A stretch of 64,000 nt of DNA from Desulfobacterales bacterium (GTDB taxonomy: Bacteria; Desulfobacterota; Desulfobacteria; Desulfobacterales; UBA5616), in NCBI GenBank assembly GCA_046483495.1, contig JAWODC010000082.1:6551-70550 (forward strand), in the 5' to 3' direction. Positions 10,390 through 23,837 of this stretch are shown piece after piece. The position numbers were made by a program, and so were the translations under genes. The notes below the pieces were generated by a model. That model was given only the letters and a program-made list of their open reading frames with translations. It was not told where the DNA came from and ran no database searches. Numbering within the stretch: position 1 is the stretch's first letter; each line of letters opens with the position of its first letter.

Positions 10390-10657
10390 TGTGAGCTCCG
10401 GCTTTTGGATTGCTGGATATGCGGTTTGCCGGTAAGTGTGATTTTTTCTCGGTTGGCGGCATGCATCACCGGCAGGACCGTTACGTGACGCTTTGTGGAG
10501 CATGTGGAAAAGTGTTCTATATCAAGTTAGGCGCACCAGATCAATAGGCATTGTTTTTCCCTGCTTTTTGGTGTAGCCTTGCCGGCATCCTCTGAAGACG
10601 GACAAGGCGTTGCCGGTGATTGTCCACCCATAAATTGAAACGGGAGGCCCTGTAATT

Positions 10658-11344
10658 ATGAAGCTGATATTTATTCATGGATCAGGTGGATCAAAAGAGT
10701 CGTGGCATTATCAAACCCAATTCTTTCAGGATTCCGAGGCATTGGATCTGCCCGGACATCCCACGGGCAAACAAATCGACACCATTTCGGGATATGCCGA
10801 ATGGCTGAACGGCCATATCCGTAAACGGGGCTATAGGGATGTAGTGCTTGCCGGGCATTCGTTGGGCGGCGGGATTATCCTTCAGTATGCGCTTTCATAT
10901 CCTGCAGATGTCAAAGGGCTCATTTCCGTGGGAAGCGGGCTTCGGCTTCGGGTTCATCCGTTTTTTTTGAAGGCGCTCGAAGAGGCAATCGCAAACCCCG
11001 CTCAATTCGAAGCCTTTATCCAGCCCTCTTATGAACATGTGGATCCGGAACTGGCGAAACTTCTGAAAAAACGCGTTATGGAAAACGGCCCGGCCGTTAT
11101 GTTAAACGATATGCGGGCTTGCGACACATTCGATATCATGGAAAAAGCGAAAGACATCGCCGTTCCGGTATTGGCCTTGTGCGGAACGGATGACGTGATG
11201 ACACCCCCCAAATATTCCCATTACATGACACAACATCTTCCAAACGCCCGTTTATGCGTCATCGAAGGCGGCACTCATTTTATGTTCGCGGAAAAGCCCG
11301 ATGCAGTGAACCGGGCTATAGAGGCATTTCTGCATTCATTATGA
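10658..11344 (+). CDS. Alpha/beta hydrolase
   Basis: FIHGSGG, DLPGH, GHSLGG nucleophile elbow, D and H (GGTH) triad candidates. Confidence 0.9.
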   Translation: MKLIFIHGSGGSKESWHYQTQFFQDSEALDLPGHPTGKQIDTISGYAEWLNGHIRKRGYRDVVLAGHSLGGGIILQYALSYPADVKGLISVGSGLRLRVHPFFLKALEEAIANPAQFEAFIQPSYEHVDPELAKLLKKRVMENGPAVMLNDMRACDTFDIMEKAKDIAVPVLALCGTDDVMTPPKYSHYMTQHLPNARLCVIEGGTHFMFAEKPDAVNRAIEAFLHSL

Positions 11345-11372
11345 TTTCGAAACCGGTCTGAAACAAGAGAAC

Positions 11373-12950
11373 ATGATCACATTACTCGACTACGGCGCGG
11401 GAAACGTATTAAGCGTCATCAATGCGATCGAATCGCTGGGCGAAACGGTCCATATCGCGACATGCGGCGATGATATTTTGAGCGCCGAAAAATTGGTTTT
11501 TCCCGGTGTCGGCGCCTTCGGGAATATGATGGACATATTGACCCGGAAACACTACTCCGCACCGCTGAAAACCTATGTGAATTCCGGCAGGCCCTTTCTG
11601 GGCATCTGCCTCGGGCTTCAAGCCTTGTTCGAATACAGTGAAGAGGCCCCCGGGGTGAAAGGCCTTGGAATTTTCGAAGGAGGTGTAAAGCGCTTTTCCA
11701 CAAACTTATCGGTGCCCCACATCGGCTGGAACGGCGTTAAACGGCATCAACCCTCCGGCCTTTTTTACGCGATACCCGAGAATGAAAAATTTTATTTCGT
11801 ACATTCGTATCATGTCGTACCAAAGAATGAAGGGATCGTTTTGACAACCACGGATTATGGCTACCCTTTTGTCAGCAGCATTCAAAAAGGCAATATTACA
11901 GCGACGCAATTTCACCCCGAAAAAAGCGGCCGTGCCGGACTGAAAATGTTGAACAATTTCATTCACGGTGCATCCCCTTCCGTTTCCGTCAACTCCCGAG
12001 AAACGACCGGAAAGACGGCATTGGCAAAACGAATCGTTGCATGCCTGGATGTCCGCGCGAATGAACGGGGGGATCTGGTGGTCACCAAGGGGGATCGGTA
12101 TGACGTGCGAGAGGAAGGGAAAGTAAGGAATCTGGGCGACCCGGTGGACCTCGCCCACCGTTATTATCAAGAAGGTGCTGATGAAATTACATTTCTCAAC
12201 ATCACGGGTTTCAGAGATTTCCCCATAAAAGACATGCCCATGCTGAACGTCCTGAAAAAAACGTCGAAAACGGTTTTTGTTCCCCTGACCATCGGGGGCG
12301 GGATTCGGAACTTTACCGATAAGGATGGAACAGCCTACACAGCCCTCGACGTAGCCGCCGAATATTTTCGATCCGGGGCCGACAAAATCTCCGTCGGCAG
12401 CGACGCCGTTACCATCGTGGAACGGTTTTTAAGTACGGGCAAAAAAACCGGGGACAGCGCCATCGAGGAAATAAGCCGCGTGTATGGAACGCAGGCCGTC
12501 GTGGTTTCCATCGATCCTCGTAGAGTTTACGTAACCTCTCCGGAAGGAGTCCATCACCACGTCATTGAAACCGCCTTTCCCGGTCCGCACGGGGAGCGCT
12601 ATTGCTGGTACCAGTGCACCGTAAATGGAGGCCGTGAAGGAAGGAATGTAGATGCGATCACATTGGCGCGATGCTGTGAACAATTGGGCGCCGGGGAAAT
12701 CCTGCTCAACTGCATCGATCGTGACGGCACGCATATGGGATTCGACATCGAATTGATCAATGCAGTAAAAAATTCGATTTCTATTCCGGTGATCGCCTCT
12801 TCCGGCGCCGGGAGCGAGGCCCATTTTTATGAGGTGTTCACAAAAACCCGGGTGGAATCCGCACTGGCTGCAGGAATATTTCACCGCCGTGAGGTTCTGA
12901 TTGAAAAGGTAAAAGCGCTATTGGCAGGAAAGGTGGAAATACGGCAATAA
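11373..12950 (+). CDS. hisHF: Bifunctional imidazole glycerol phosphate synthase (fused HisH-HisF)
   Basis: LDYGAGN, GICLG, QFHPE glutaminase domain fused to the cyclase domain KRIVACLDV, GADEITFL, PVIASSGAG. Confidence 0.95.
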   Translation: MITLLDYGAGNVLSVINAIESLGETVHIATCGDDILSAEKLVFPGVGAFGNMMDILTRKHYSAPLKTYVNSGRPFLGICLGLQALFEYSEEAPGVKGLGIFEGGVKRFSTNLSVPHIGWNGVKRHQPSGLFYAIPENEKFYFVHSYHVVPKNEGIVLTTTDYGYPFVSSIQKGNITATQFHPEKSGRAGLKMLNNFIHGASPSVSVNSRETTGKTALAKRIVACLDVRANERGDLVVTKGDRYDVREEGKVRNLGDPVDLAHRYYQEGADEITFLNITGFRDFPIKDMPMLNVLKKTSKTVFVPLTIGGGIRNFTDKDGTAYTALDVAAEYFRSGADKISVGSDAVTIVERFLSTGKKTGDSAIEEISRVYGTQAVVVSIDPRRVYVTSPEGVHHHVIETAFPGPHGERYCWYQCTVNGGREGRNVDAITLARCCEQLGAGEILLNCIDRDGTHMGFDIELINAVKNSISIPVIASSGAGSEAHFYEVFTKTRVESALAAGIFHRREVLIEKVKALLAGKVEIRQ

Positions 12951-12992
12951 GCCATTGTCGGACATGTCGGCGGTTTTTTCGAATGTGTTCAA

Positions 12993-13199
12993 TCAGACGT
13001 CAAGCCAGATATCGGCCTCGGTTCCGAAAATTTTACCCGCCACCTGTTTTCCGGATTCGCCCAGAGGATTCATATGGATGGTAAAATTCACTGCAACATC
13101 GATATCCGATTTTCCACCCAACGGGGTCAAGGTATAGGATATTTCCATTTCTTTTTCCTTGCCGCAGTTTTCGCAGATATAAACGTATTTATAGTTCAT
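12993..13199 (-). CDS. Small hypothetical protein with a CxxC motif
   Basis: Strong GGAGGTG RBS before the ATG; 68 aa; ICENCG. Confidence 0.6.
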   Translation of the reverse strand: MNYKYVYICENCGKEKEMEISYTLTPLGGKSDIDVAVNFTIHMNPLGESGKQVAGKIFGTEADIWLDV

Positions 13200-13450
13200 G
13201 GTTCACCTCCAACCTATTATGCCACCGCCGAATGCAGTGGCCTTTAACCTTGGTGAAACTTGTCCATCGACAACTCCGCTATGCGTTTTCCTTTCTCGAC
13301 AAAGCAAGGCTGTATTAAAAGTAATTTAATACCTCACCGAAATAATATCAAGTTCAATTCAGCGCATGCAATCTGAATGTCACATTTTTCGATAAAATTT
13401 TAATCTTGCATAATTGAGAAATATTATGGACCGCGAAAGGAGGGCATACG

Positions 13451-13621
13451 ATGATTCCAAGAACGTTATTTACAGATCCAAGTAAAAGTTGGCACGATCT
13501 AATTTCGGAAATGGAATGAATGTCGCGACAGGTCGACCGGTTGGCAAGTGCAACCTTCGGCAGGCCGGGAATCTGGTTTGCGCCCGCGAAAGTATTTCCG
13601 GCTGTTGATATCACGGAAGAC
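13451..13621 (+). pseudogene. Hsp20/alpha-crystallin small heat-shock protein remnant
   Basis: AAGGAGG RBS; MIPRTLFTDPSKSWHDLISEME*MSRQVDRLASATFGRPGIWFAPAKVFPAVDITED; in-frame TGA at 13517-13519; similarity ends after the Hsp20 beta2 motif FPAVDITED. Confidence 0.7.
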
Positions 13622-13675
13622 ATTATCGATGGGCATGGGGGCGGTAGACACCCACCCCATGCCCATGTCGATGTC
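13619..13675 (-). terminator. Hairpin downstream of the disulfide reductase gene
   Basis: ATGGGCATGGGG / CCCCATGCCCAT 12-bp stem, extendable with GACAT/ATGTC. Confidence 0.6.
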
Positions 13676-13679
13676 TCGA

Positions 13680-15404
13680 TTATTTGTAGCCTTCGGGAGC
13701 AAAAGCGGGGTCGCTCATCAGGATCATGCCCAGGCCGCCTTGAATGTTCAGCGTGTCGGCATGAATGCCCTTATTCCTCAACAGGAGCTGCGCCTCGTAA
13801 GACCGCGGACCTGATCCGCACACCAGATACAGAGGCGCTTCCCTGGGCACCTCATCCAGCCTGTAAAAAAGCTCGTTTTCCTCGATATTGATCCATCGAT
13901 CCCCGTACTTCTCGACAAAAGGCCCCGCCTGAACAGGACTTCTCACATCAAGAACATGCACCTTGCCGGATTTGAATTTTTCTAAAAAGTCGATGACATC
14001 CACCGGCTTGTGAAGGCCGCTTAGAATATTGTCCAGACTGTTGGCGGCATTATTGACAATATCCATGGCAGATGCAAATGGCGGTGAGTAGGCAACCTCG
14101 AGGTTGGCGATTTCATCAACCGTGGCATTATACGAGAGCGTAACGGCTACGGCATCGACGCGGGCCTTTACCGCGTCACCCTGAAAACCGGCGGCCTCGA
14201 CACCGAGAATGCGCCGGGTTTTACGATCGGCGATCAATTTCATGTACATCAACTGCATCGTGGGATAAAAATGAGCCCGATCAGCCTGGACAACGACGCT
14301 GTGAACGGCATCGAATCCGGCGGCCTCGGCCTGTGTAACCGTCAAACCGGCCCGGGCGAAACACAGGTCGAAGATCTTGACGCAGAAGGATCCCACCGTT
14401 CCCTTGAATGTCATGAAGCCTCCGGCGAGATTCGTGCCGATAACCCTGCCCTGACGGTTGGCCAGTGATCCGAGCGGCATGAGGATGTGTTCGCCATTGA
14501 CCAGGTGGGGTATTTCGACACAGTCACCACCGGCATATATTTCCGGGTCCGAGGTTCTCATGCGGTGGTCCACTAAAATGCCGCCATATCGGCCGACAGC
14601 AAGACCGGCTTCTTTAGCCAGATCCGTATTCGGTCGTATTCCCACGGAAATGATCACCATTTCGCAGGAAATCTCCTGTTTATCCGTCACAATGCTTTTC
14701 ACGCCGCCGGCGGCATCGCCTTTAATTTCAGCAACCCGTTCACCGAGCAAAACACGAACATCGTGCTGTTCCATATGGTTCTTTGCCAATAGGGCCATAT
14801 CGCCGCCCAGTGCGGTGGGGAATAATTGATCCATCATTTCCACCAGAGTGGTGTTGATCCCCCAAAGATCGGTCAGCGCCTCGGCCATTTCAACGCCGAT
14901 GGCCCCTCCTCCAATGACGACGGCGTTCTCGACCTGACCTTTTGAAATTTTATCTTTTATCGTCATGGCGTCATGGAGGTTCGACACAACGAACACACTC
15001 GGCAGCGCAGCCCCCGGAATCGGCGGAAGCACGGGCCGCGCGCCGGTGGCAAGAACCAGCTTGTCATAGGGCAGGTCTTCGAGCGTTCCGTCCGCAAGAC
15101 GCTTGATGGTGAGCTTTTTCTTTTTACGATCGATGGATACGGCTTCAGTGCCTGTTCTGACGTTCACCCTTTTTACATCCTGAAAATAGCCCTCGTTTCT
15201 GGGGACGTGGGCACTGGTCGAATACAAGGTGTCAATTTCCCCGACATCTCCTCCAACGTAATACGGAATTCCGCATCCGCCGTAGCTGATCATTTCGTCT
15301 TTGTCAATGAGGGTGACTTCCGCATCAGGCTCCAACCGCTTGAGACGACAGGCCGCCTTGGGGCCAAGCGCCACGGCACCGACAATCACAACTCTTTTTG
15401 CCAC
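13680..15404 (-). CDS. FAD-dependent CoA-disulfide/persulfide reductase with C-terminal rhodanese domain (Npsr/CoADR-RHD type)
   Basis: SYGGCGIPY redox Cys, IGGGAIGVE NAD site, YAGGDC, YSPPF, rhodanese VCGSGPRS. Confidence 0.9.
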   Translation of the reverse strand: MAKRVVIVGAVALGPKAACRLKRLEPDAEVTLIDKDEMISYGGCGIPYYVGGDVGEIDTLYSTSAHVPRNEGYFQDVKRVNVRTGTEAVSIDRKKKKLTIKRLADGTLEDLPYDKLVLATGARPVLPPIPGAALPSVFVVSNLHDAMTIKDKISKGQVENAVVIGGGAIGVEMAEALTDLWGINTTLVEMMDQLFPTALGGDMALLAKNHMEQHDVRVLLGERVAEIKGDAAGGVKSIVTDKQEISCEMVIISVGIRPNTDLAKEAGLAVGRYGGILVDHRMRTSDPEIYAGGDCVEIPHLVNGEHILMPLGSLANRQGRVIGTNLAGGFMTFKGTVGSFCVKIFDLCFARAGLTVTQAEAAGFDAVHSVVVQADRAHFYPTMQLMYMKLIADRKTRRILGVEAAGFQGDAVKARVDAVAVTLSYNATVDEIANLEVAYSPPFASAMDIVNNAANSLDNILSGLHKPVDVIDFLEKFKSGKVHVLDVRSPVQAGPFVEKYGDRWINIEENELFYRLDEVPREAPLYLVCGSGPRSYEAQLLLRNKGIHADTLNIQGGLGMILMSDPAFAPEGYK

Positions 15405-15758
15405 TGTTCTTCTCCTTTTTCTTCCGACATGCTTACCGGCAAACCGTATTGTTCGGGATAAAAATCGCTTGTTCAGTGTATATGCGTGGAAGATTATTTT
15501 TTCCTTCCGGCTTTGTCAATTCTTTTAATGAAAAGCCGTACGGCAAAGAAGGGTGCGTTATACTCTCTTTTTGCACGGTATCGGTGAAGAAAAAAAGCAG
15601 GCATTCCACCGGACGGATAAAGCCGCCGATAATGTTTCGGGGTTCACGGCGGCGCGGTGAAGCCATGTGCCGGCGCCGCCTTTTTGAATGGCGGAAATGT
15701 TCGAAAATTGAAGCGCGGCAAGAACCCCGGAATGCGGCGGGTTCTCCTGTGGCGGATG

Positions 15759-18959
<3,201 letters not shown>

Positions 18960-19220
18960 AAATCGCTCCTTTAAATTGAATCTAAACGGGTGAACCTGTT
19001 ATCGATCGCCTAAAATGCAGCAACCGTTAAGACTTTCTATTCTCGGGTATTTTTAGCCGTGCTACTATAGAGATGCGGCTAAATGATGTCAAGAAGCATT
19101 CCGCATGACATGTATTATCAGAGAATTGATTTTCTTTATCAAGCAGTAATGGAGCGTTGACGCCGGCACAAAAAAAGCCTATTTTCATTCTTCAGGTCAC
19201 CATCGACATGGAAAGGACGA

Positions 19221-20336
19221 TTGCCAGTGGATGATATATTTCAGAATCGGATAACCCGGCTCCGGCAGCGAATCGCTGAAGTAAATCTCGACGCACTGCT
19301 GGTGTCCATCGATGAAAACCGGCGATACCTCAGCGGATTTACCGGTGAAGATACGCATTTCGACGAATCCGCGGGGGTGCTGATGATCACTGCGGACCGA
19401 TCGATCCTGGCCACGGATTCCCGGTTCACGCTGCAGGCCCGTAAAGAGGCCCCTCTTTTTGACATTCATCAATATGAAAAAGGATTGGCGAAGGAACTCC
19501 CCGGTCTTATCGCCCGACTCGACGTATCGCGCATTGGATTTGAAGACCGGCGCGTATCCGTTTTTCAGCATCGCGAAATGACGCGCGAGGCGTCCGAACA
19601 AGGTCTGGATGCGGAATTCGTCCCCTGCGAAGATCTGGTTGAGCAGCTGCGCCTGATCAAGGACGAATCGGAAATTGCGCTTACCCGAAAAGCCCTGTCC
19701 GTTGCCGAAGCCGCTTTTGTGGAGACCGCAGGTATGCTGGAACCCGGCATGACTGAAAAAGAAATCGCCTGGAACCTGGAGCAGACGGTTCGCAGGTCCG
19801 GCGGCGACACCCTTTCCTTTCCCACGATTGTCGCATCAGGCCCCAACAGCGCCCTGCCTCATGCCGTACCCGGAGACCGGAAAATTAAAAGCGGAGAGCC
19901 GATATTATTTGACTGGGGGGTCCGAATGGACGGTTACTGCTCGGACACATCCCGCACCCTCATTCTGGGAAAACCGGATGACACATTTTCAACGATTCAT
20001 GAGATCGTCCGAACGGCACAACGGTTGGCGATAGCCGAGATAAAGCCGGGGGCACATGGAAAAGCTGTCGATGAGATCGCCCGCACCTTTATCGAGGACA
20101 ACGGGTATAAGGGCAAATTCGGGCACGGCCTCGGCCACGGCACAGGTCTGGCGGTACATGAGGGGCCGCGGTTAAGTCCCTTGAGCACCTCGATCCTGGA
20201 GCCCGGAATGATCGTCACGGTCGAACCCGGCATCTACATTGAAAAATGGGGCGGAGTCAGGATAGAAAACCAGGTCGTCGTTCGAGAAGACGGTCCCGAG
20301 GTGTTGAACCGGCTGGATACACGATTCGGCATTTGA
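19221..20336 (+). CDS. Xaa-Pro aminopeptidase (M24 family)
   Basis: YLSGFTG, YCSDTSRT, HGLGHGTGLAVHE, TVEPGIY, GVRIE; exact start (TTG 19221 or GTG 19227) uncertain. Confidence 0.92.
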   Translation: MPVDDIFQNRITRLRQRIAEVNLDALLVSIDENRRYLSGFTGEDTHFDESAGVLMITADRSILATDSRFTLQARKEAPLFDIHQYEKGLAKELPGLIARLDVSRIGFEDRRVSVFQHREMTREASEQGLDAEFVPCEDLVEQLRLIKDESEIALTRKALSVAEAAFVETAGMLEPGMTEKEIAWNLEQTVRRSGGDTLSFPTIVASGPNSALPHAVPGDRKIKSGEPILFDWGVRMDGYCSDTSRTLILGKPDDTFSTIHEIVRTAQRLAIAEIKPGAHGKAVDEIARTFIEDNGYKGKFGHGLGHGTGLAVHEGPRLSPLSTSILEPGMIVTVEPGIYIEKWGGVRIENQVVVREDGPEVLNRLDTRFGI

Positions 20337-20338
20337 AT

Positions 20339-20474
20339 TAGTGCCCATCCAGAAATAGGCAATTTCGCGTGAGTTCAAGGCGGGCGCAAGATCGAAACCG
20401 CAGGAATAGCGTGCTATTTTGAGGATTAACCTTTTCCGGCCAACGAAGAAATGGAGTGGATCAGCCATTTCCGG
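20339..20474 (-). repeat. Copy A of the ~140-bp hairpin repeat (MITE/REP-like)
   Basis: Core TCAAGGCGGG...CAGGAATA...TATTTTGAGGATT...CCAACG is shared with the reverse complements of 39274-39410 and 40239-40386. Confidence 0.7.
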
Positions 20475-20527
20475 TGCAGTTTTCGGTCCTCGACAAAAAC
20501 CTGTTTCTTGCCAATTGTTGAATTTAA

Positions 20528-21433
20528 ATGAAAAAAAGCTACTCCCTGGACACGCTGGCCGATCAGTTTACCAATTACCTGCTGGTTGAAAAAGGGCTTT
20601 CCGCCAAAACCATAGAATCGTACAGCCGGGATCTCGTTCGTTTTTTCAATTTTCTTGAAGAAAACGGCATCGACGATATTCGAGATACGGACACCACCGT
20701 GATTTTGGGGCATGTCATTCACCTTCGCAAATCCGGCCTGGAAGCGCGGTCCCGGGCCCGTCATCTGGTCGCCATTCGCGGTTTTTACCGTTTTCTGATT
20801 CGAGAAAAAATGCTGGACCACGATCCGGCGGCCCGTGTGGACCTGCCGAAAAGCACGCTCCATCTGCCGGAGGTATTGACGACGGGTGAAGTATACAGGC
20901 TGTTGGATGCACCGGATGTTCACACCCCGACGGGTCTTCGAAACGCCGCCATGCTGGAGCTGCTTTATGCAGCGGGATTGCGCGTTTCCGAACTGGTGAC
21001 GGTAAAACGCCATGATGTGAACCTGGAGATGGGTTTTGTGCGGGTTTTTGGCAAAGGATCGAAGGAACGGATCGTTCCCATCGGCCAAAGCGCCAAAGAC
21101 CGCATCAGGGACTACATGCAGACGGCCCTTCCCCTGCTGCTTAAAAACGTCACCAGCCACTACCTGTTCGTTGCCCGTGCGGGCAAACCCATGACCCGGC
21201 AGGGATTCTGGAAACTGCTGAAACAGTACGGCATAAAGGCCGGGATCGGAAAAAAGCTGACGCCGCACACCTTAAGGCATTCATTTGCCACGCATCTTCT
21301 CGAGGGTGGAGCCGATTTGCGTTCGGTACAAATCATGCTGGGCCACGCGGACATCGCCACCACCCAGATATACACCCATGTCGCCAGGGATCATCTTATT
21401 AAAATACACAAACAATATCATCCCAGGGGCTGA
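20528..21433 (+). CDS. xerD: Site-specific tyrosine recombinase XerD
   Basis: LLYAAGLRVSEL, GKGSKERIVP, MTRQGFW, PHTLRHSFATHLL, LGHADIATTQIYTHV, HPRG C-terminus. Confidence 0.93.
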   Translation: MKKSYSLDTLADQFTNYLLVEKGLSAKTIESYSRDLVRFFNFLEENGIDDIRDTDTTVILGHVIHLRKSGLEARSRARHLVAIRGFYRFLIREKMLDHDPAARVDLPKSTLHLPEVLTTGEVYRLLDAPDVHTPTGLRNAAMLELLYAAGLRVSELVTVKRHDVNLEMGFVRVFGKGSKERIVPIGQSAKDRIRDYMQTALPLLLKNVTSHYLFVARAGKPMTRQGFWKLLKQYGIKAGIGKKLTPHTLRHSFATHLLEGGADLRSVQIMLGHADIATTQIYTHVARDHLIKIHKQYHPRG

Positions 21434-21570
21434 CCCATGCTATCGGACGCAGGGTCCTTTGTTTAACGGACGCTATGGATCATCCTTGACATCTTCAACC
21501 GATTTGTTTACAAAACTATGCATCTTTTTATTTTATCTCATTGATATCATTATATAATACGGAAGAACCA

Positions 21571-23223
21571 ATGACCTTGCACATAAAAAAGCCCCATGCG
21601 TTGGGATTATGGATTCCGGACGCGGATGCTTACGGGAAACTAACCGTTGCTGAAGCGATATCGAATGTCAACCGCCCCGTCTTCATTTTCGAGAAAAACG
21701 GCACGTACGGCATTTCTCACGCCGGAACGGCCGTTATCGGAAGACAACCGGATTCCGCGGCTTCCGGACACCCCCTGACGGCCTGGGCGCCTGAACTGGT
21801 CCCCCGGGATCTTGGAGATCCCGTCTTTCTCGAGTCCTACAACCTGAAGTATCCCTACATCTGTGGGGCTATGGCCAACGGCATTACCTCGGTGAGGATG
21901 GTTCAGGAAGCGGGAAAAGCGGGCATGCTGGCTTTTTTCGGCGCAGCCGGGCTTTCCATCGGGCAAATTGAAAATGCCGTCGATGCGATTGCGTCCGGCT
22001 TGCCTGATCGCCCTTTTGGTTTCAACCTGATTCACAGTCCCAACGATCCCCGGCTCGAAATGGATACGGTGCAGCTGTACTTAAACAAAGGCATCCGCCT
22101 GATCAGCGCATCCGCCTACCTCGCGCTGACGCTTCCACTTGTATATTACCGGGTTAAGGGCATTTACGAGGATGCACACGGAAACATCCGGTGCCCGAAT
22201 AAAATCATCGCCAAGGTATCCCGAATCGAAATCGCCTCCAAATTTCTCGCCCCGCCACCGGAGAAAATACTTGCACAACTTTTGGACCGGCAATGGATCA
22301 CCCCCGGTGAAGCCGCACGGGCTGCGAGCGTTCCCATGGCCGAAGACATTACCGCCGAGGCGGACTCCGGCGGCCATACGGATAACCGTCCGGCGATTGC
22401 GCTTTTGCCGACGCTCATCGCCCTGAAAAACCACCTCTCGAGCCGATACGGCTATTCAAGACCTCCGCGCATCGGACTCGGCGGTGGTATTTCAACGCCG
22501 TATGCGGCTGCGGCGGCTTTTGCCATGGGTGCGGCCTTTCTGGTGACCGGATCGGTCAACCAATCCTGTGTTGAGGCCGGCACATCGGACACCGTCAAGC
22601 ATCTGCTCGCTTCAGCCCGGCAGGCGGATGTCGCCATGGCGCCTGCAGCGGATATGTTCGAAATCGGCGCACGGGTGCAGGTCTTGAAAAGAGGTACGAT
22701 GTTCCCGCTGCGAGCCGCAAAACTCTATGATCTTTACACCCGCCATAACCGCTGGGAGGATATAGACCCCGGGCAAAGAAAAATGCTCGAACGCGATGTT
22801 TTCAAGTGCACTTTCGAAGAAGAATGGGAGCAGACAAAAGCCTATTTCAACAAAAGAGAACCGGGGCAAATCGCACGTGCGGAAAAAAACGAAAAGCATA
22901 AAATGGCCCTTGTTTTTCGTTCGTACTTAGGTCGTGCTTCCATGTGGGCCATACAGGGAATTTCCGAAAGGCAGATGGATTACCAGATCTGGTGCGGACC
23001 GGCCATCGGAGCATTCAACCAGTGGGCGGCGGGAACATTCCTCGAAACGCCGGAAAACAGGGATATCGTTACGGTGGCCATGAACCTGCTTTTCGGTGCC
23101 TGCGTAGTCACCCGTGCCAGCTGGCTGAAGCATCAAGGCGTCCTGCTTCCGGAAACCGCATCCGGATTCAGACCGATGCCCTTGTCACGCATCAAAGAGC
23201 TGCTCGGCGAAACGTCCCTGTAA
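21571..23223 (+). CDS. pfaD: PfaD-family enoyl-ACP reductase of a PUFA synthase
   Basis: GAMANGITS, EADSGGHTDNRP, GLGGGISTP, DYQIWCGPAIGAFN; start placed at ATG 21571. Confidence 0.92.
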   Translation: MTLHIKKPHALGLWIPDADAYGKLTVAEAISNVNRPVFIFEKNGTYGISHAGTAVIGRQPDSAASGHPLTAWAPELVPRDLGDPVFLESYNLKYPYICGAMANGITSVRMVQEAGKAGMLAFFGAAGLSIGQIENAVDAIASGLPDRPFGFNLIHSPNDPRLEMDTVQLYLNKGIRLISASAYLALTLPLVYYRVKGIYEDAHGNIRCPNKIIAKVSRIEIASKFLAPPPEKILAQLLDRQWITPGEAARAASVPMAEDITAEADSGGHTDNRPAIALLPTLIALKNHLSSRYGYSRPPRIGLGGGISTPYAAAAAFAMGAAFLVTGSVNQSCVEAGTSDTVKHLLASARQADVAMAPAADMFEIGARVQVLKRGTMFPLRAAKLYDLYTRHNRWEDIDPGQRKMLERDVFKCTFEEEWEQTKAYFNKREPGQIARAEKNEKHKMALVFRSYLGRASMWAIQGISERQMDYQIWCGPAIGAFNQWAAGTFLETPENRDIVTVAMNLLFGACVVTRASWLKHQGVLLPETASGFRPMPLSRIKELLGETSL

Positions 23224-23234
23224 AAGACATGATA

Positions 23235-23765
23235 TCAGGATGCGAGATCTCTTAAAAACTTCTCGTAAAGCCGTGTCAGGTAAAGCTGCTTCATGGCCGT
23301 CGGTCTGGATGGGTGAACACGATCTCCTCCACGGAGCATTTCATCGGTGAAGCGCTCTTCGCAAATCGTCTTGCCGTCCCGGTCGAATTTGCGCAACGAT
23401 ATCATGCACCGGAGGATAGACGTCAAGCCGCCCTCGTCATTGTGATGGTAAAAGATTACAACATGTTCCTGATCCTGTTCGCCGGCATTCGCAGTACATG
23501 AAGCCGAATTTTTTTCTCGAATCCAAGACCGAAGGTCGTTTATCAGCTGCCCGGCATCGCGTATGGCAAGATGCAGTCGACTTACCGCAAACCCGCCCAA
23601 ATAGACGGCAAACGCCTCCTCTTGTGAAAACTGCCTAGCGTAGCCGGATTGACGTCCGCCCAGGGGATCGGGCGGCAGAAACTCGCGTGACCAACGCTTC
23701 CATTTGGCCAAATTGACCTTCAACGATTTTGACAGCCCTCGGCTGGTGTAATATTTCATAATCAC
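23235..23765 (-). CDS. Hypothetical protein with an N-terminal MerR-like helix-turn-helix
   Basis: YTSRGLSKSLKVNLAKWKRWSREFL...GYARQFSQEE resembles the MerR winged-HTH pattern; fills the gap between pfaD and pfaA. Confidence 0.65.
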   Translation of the reverse strand: MIMKYYTSRGLSKSLKVNLAKWKRWSREFLPPDPLGGRQSGYARQFSQEEAFAVYLGGFAVSRLHLAIRDAGQLINDLRSWIREKNSASCTANAGEQDQEHVVIFYHHNDEGGLTSILRCMISLRKFDRDGKTICEERFTDEMLRGGDRVHPSRPTAMKQLYLTRLYEKFLRDLAS

Positions 23766-23820
23766 CCTAATATGGTTTACCTTGATAACTTGTTATATGA
23801 ATATCATAAGTTCGATTTTC

Positions 23821-23837
23821 ATTTCAATGCTTGAAAT
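23821..23837. promoter_or_regulatory. Perfect palindrome in the divergent HTH-gene/pfaA promoter region
   Basis: ATTTCAA-TGC-TTGAAAT. Confidence 0.4.

Noticed and set aside
13490-13506. TGGCACG as a sigma-54 -24 box
   Set aside because: No TTGC at the -12 position, and it lies inside the pseudogene coding remnant
13517-13519. In-frame TGA as selenocysteine in the Hsp20-like ORF
   Set aside because: The position corresponds to Arg rather than Cys, no SECIS-like hairpin directly follows, and the gene is truncated anyway
15404-15758. Possible riboswitch (GGCAAA motifs, several small hairpins) upstream of the disulfide reductase
   Set aside because: Could not build the c-di-GMP-I or any other known aptamer fold by eye; would need an Rfam scan
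20528-21433. Tyrosine recombinase next to pfaD as an island integrase
   Set aside because: It has housekeeping XerD signatures (MTRQGFW, HPRG end, ~300 aa) and no att-like direct repeats or tRNA were seen
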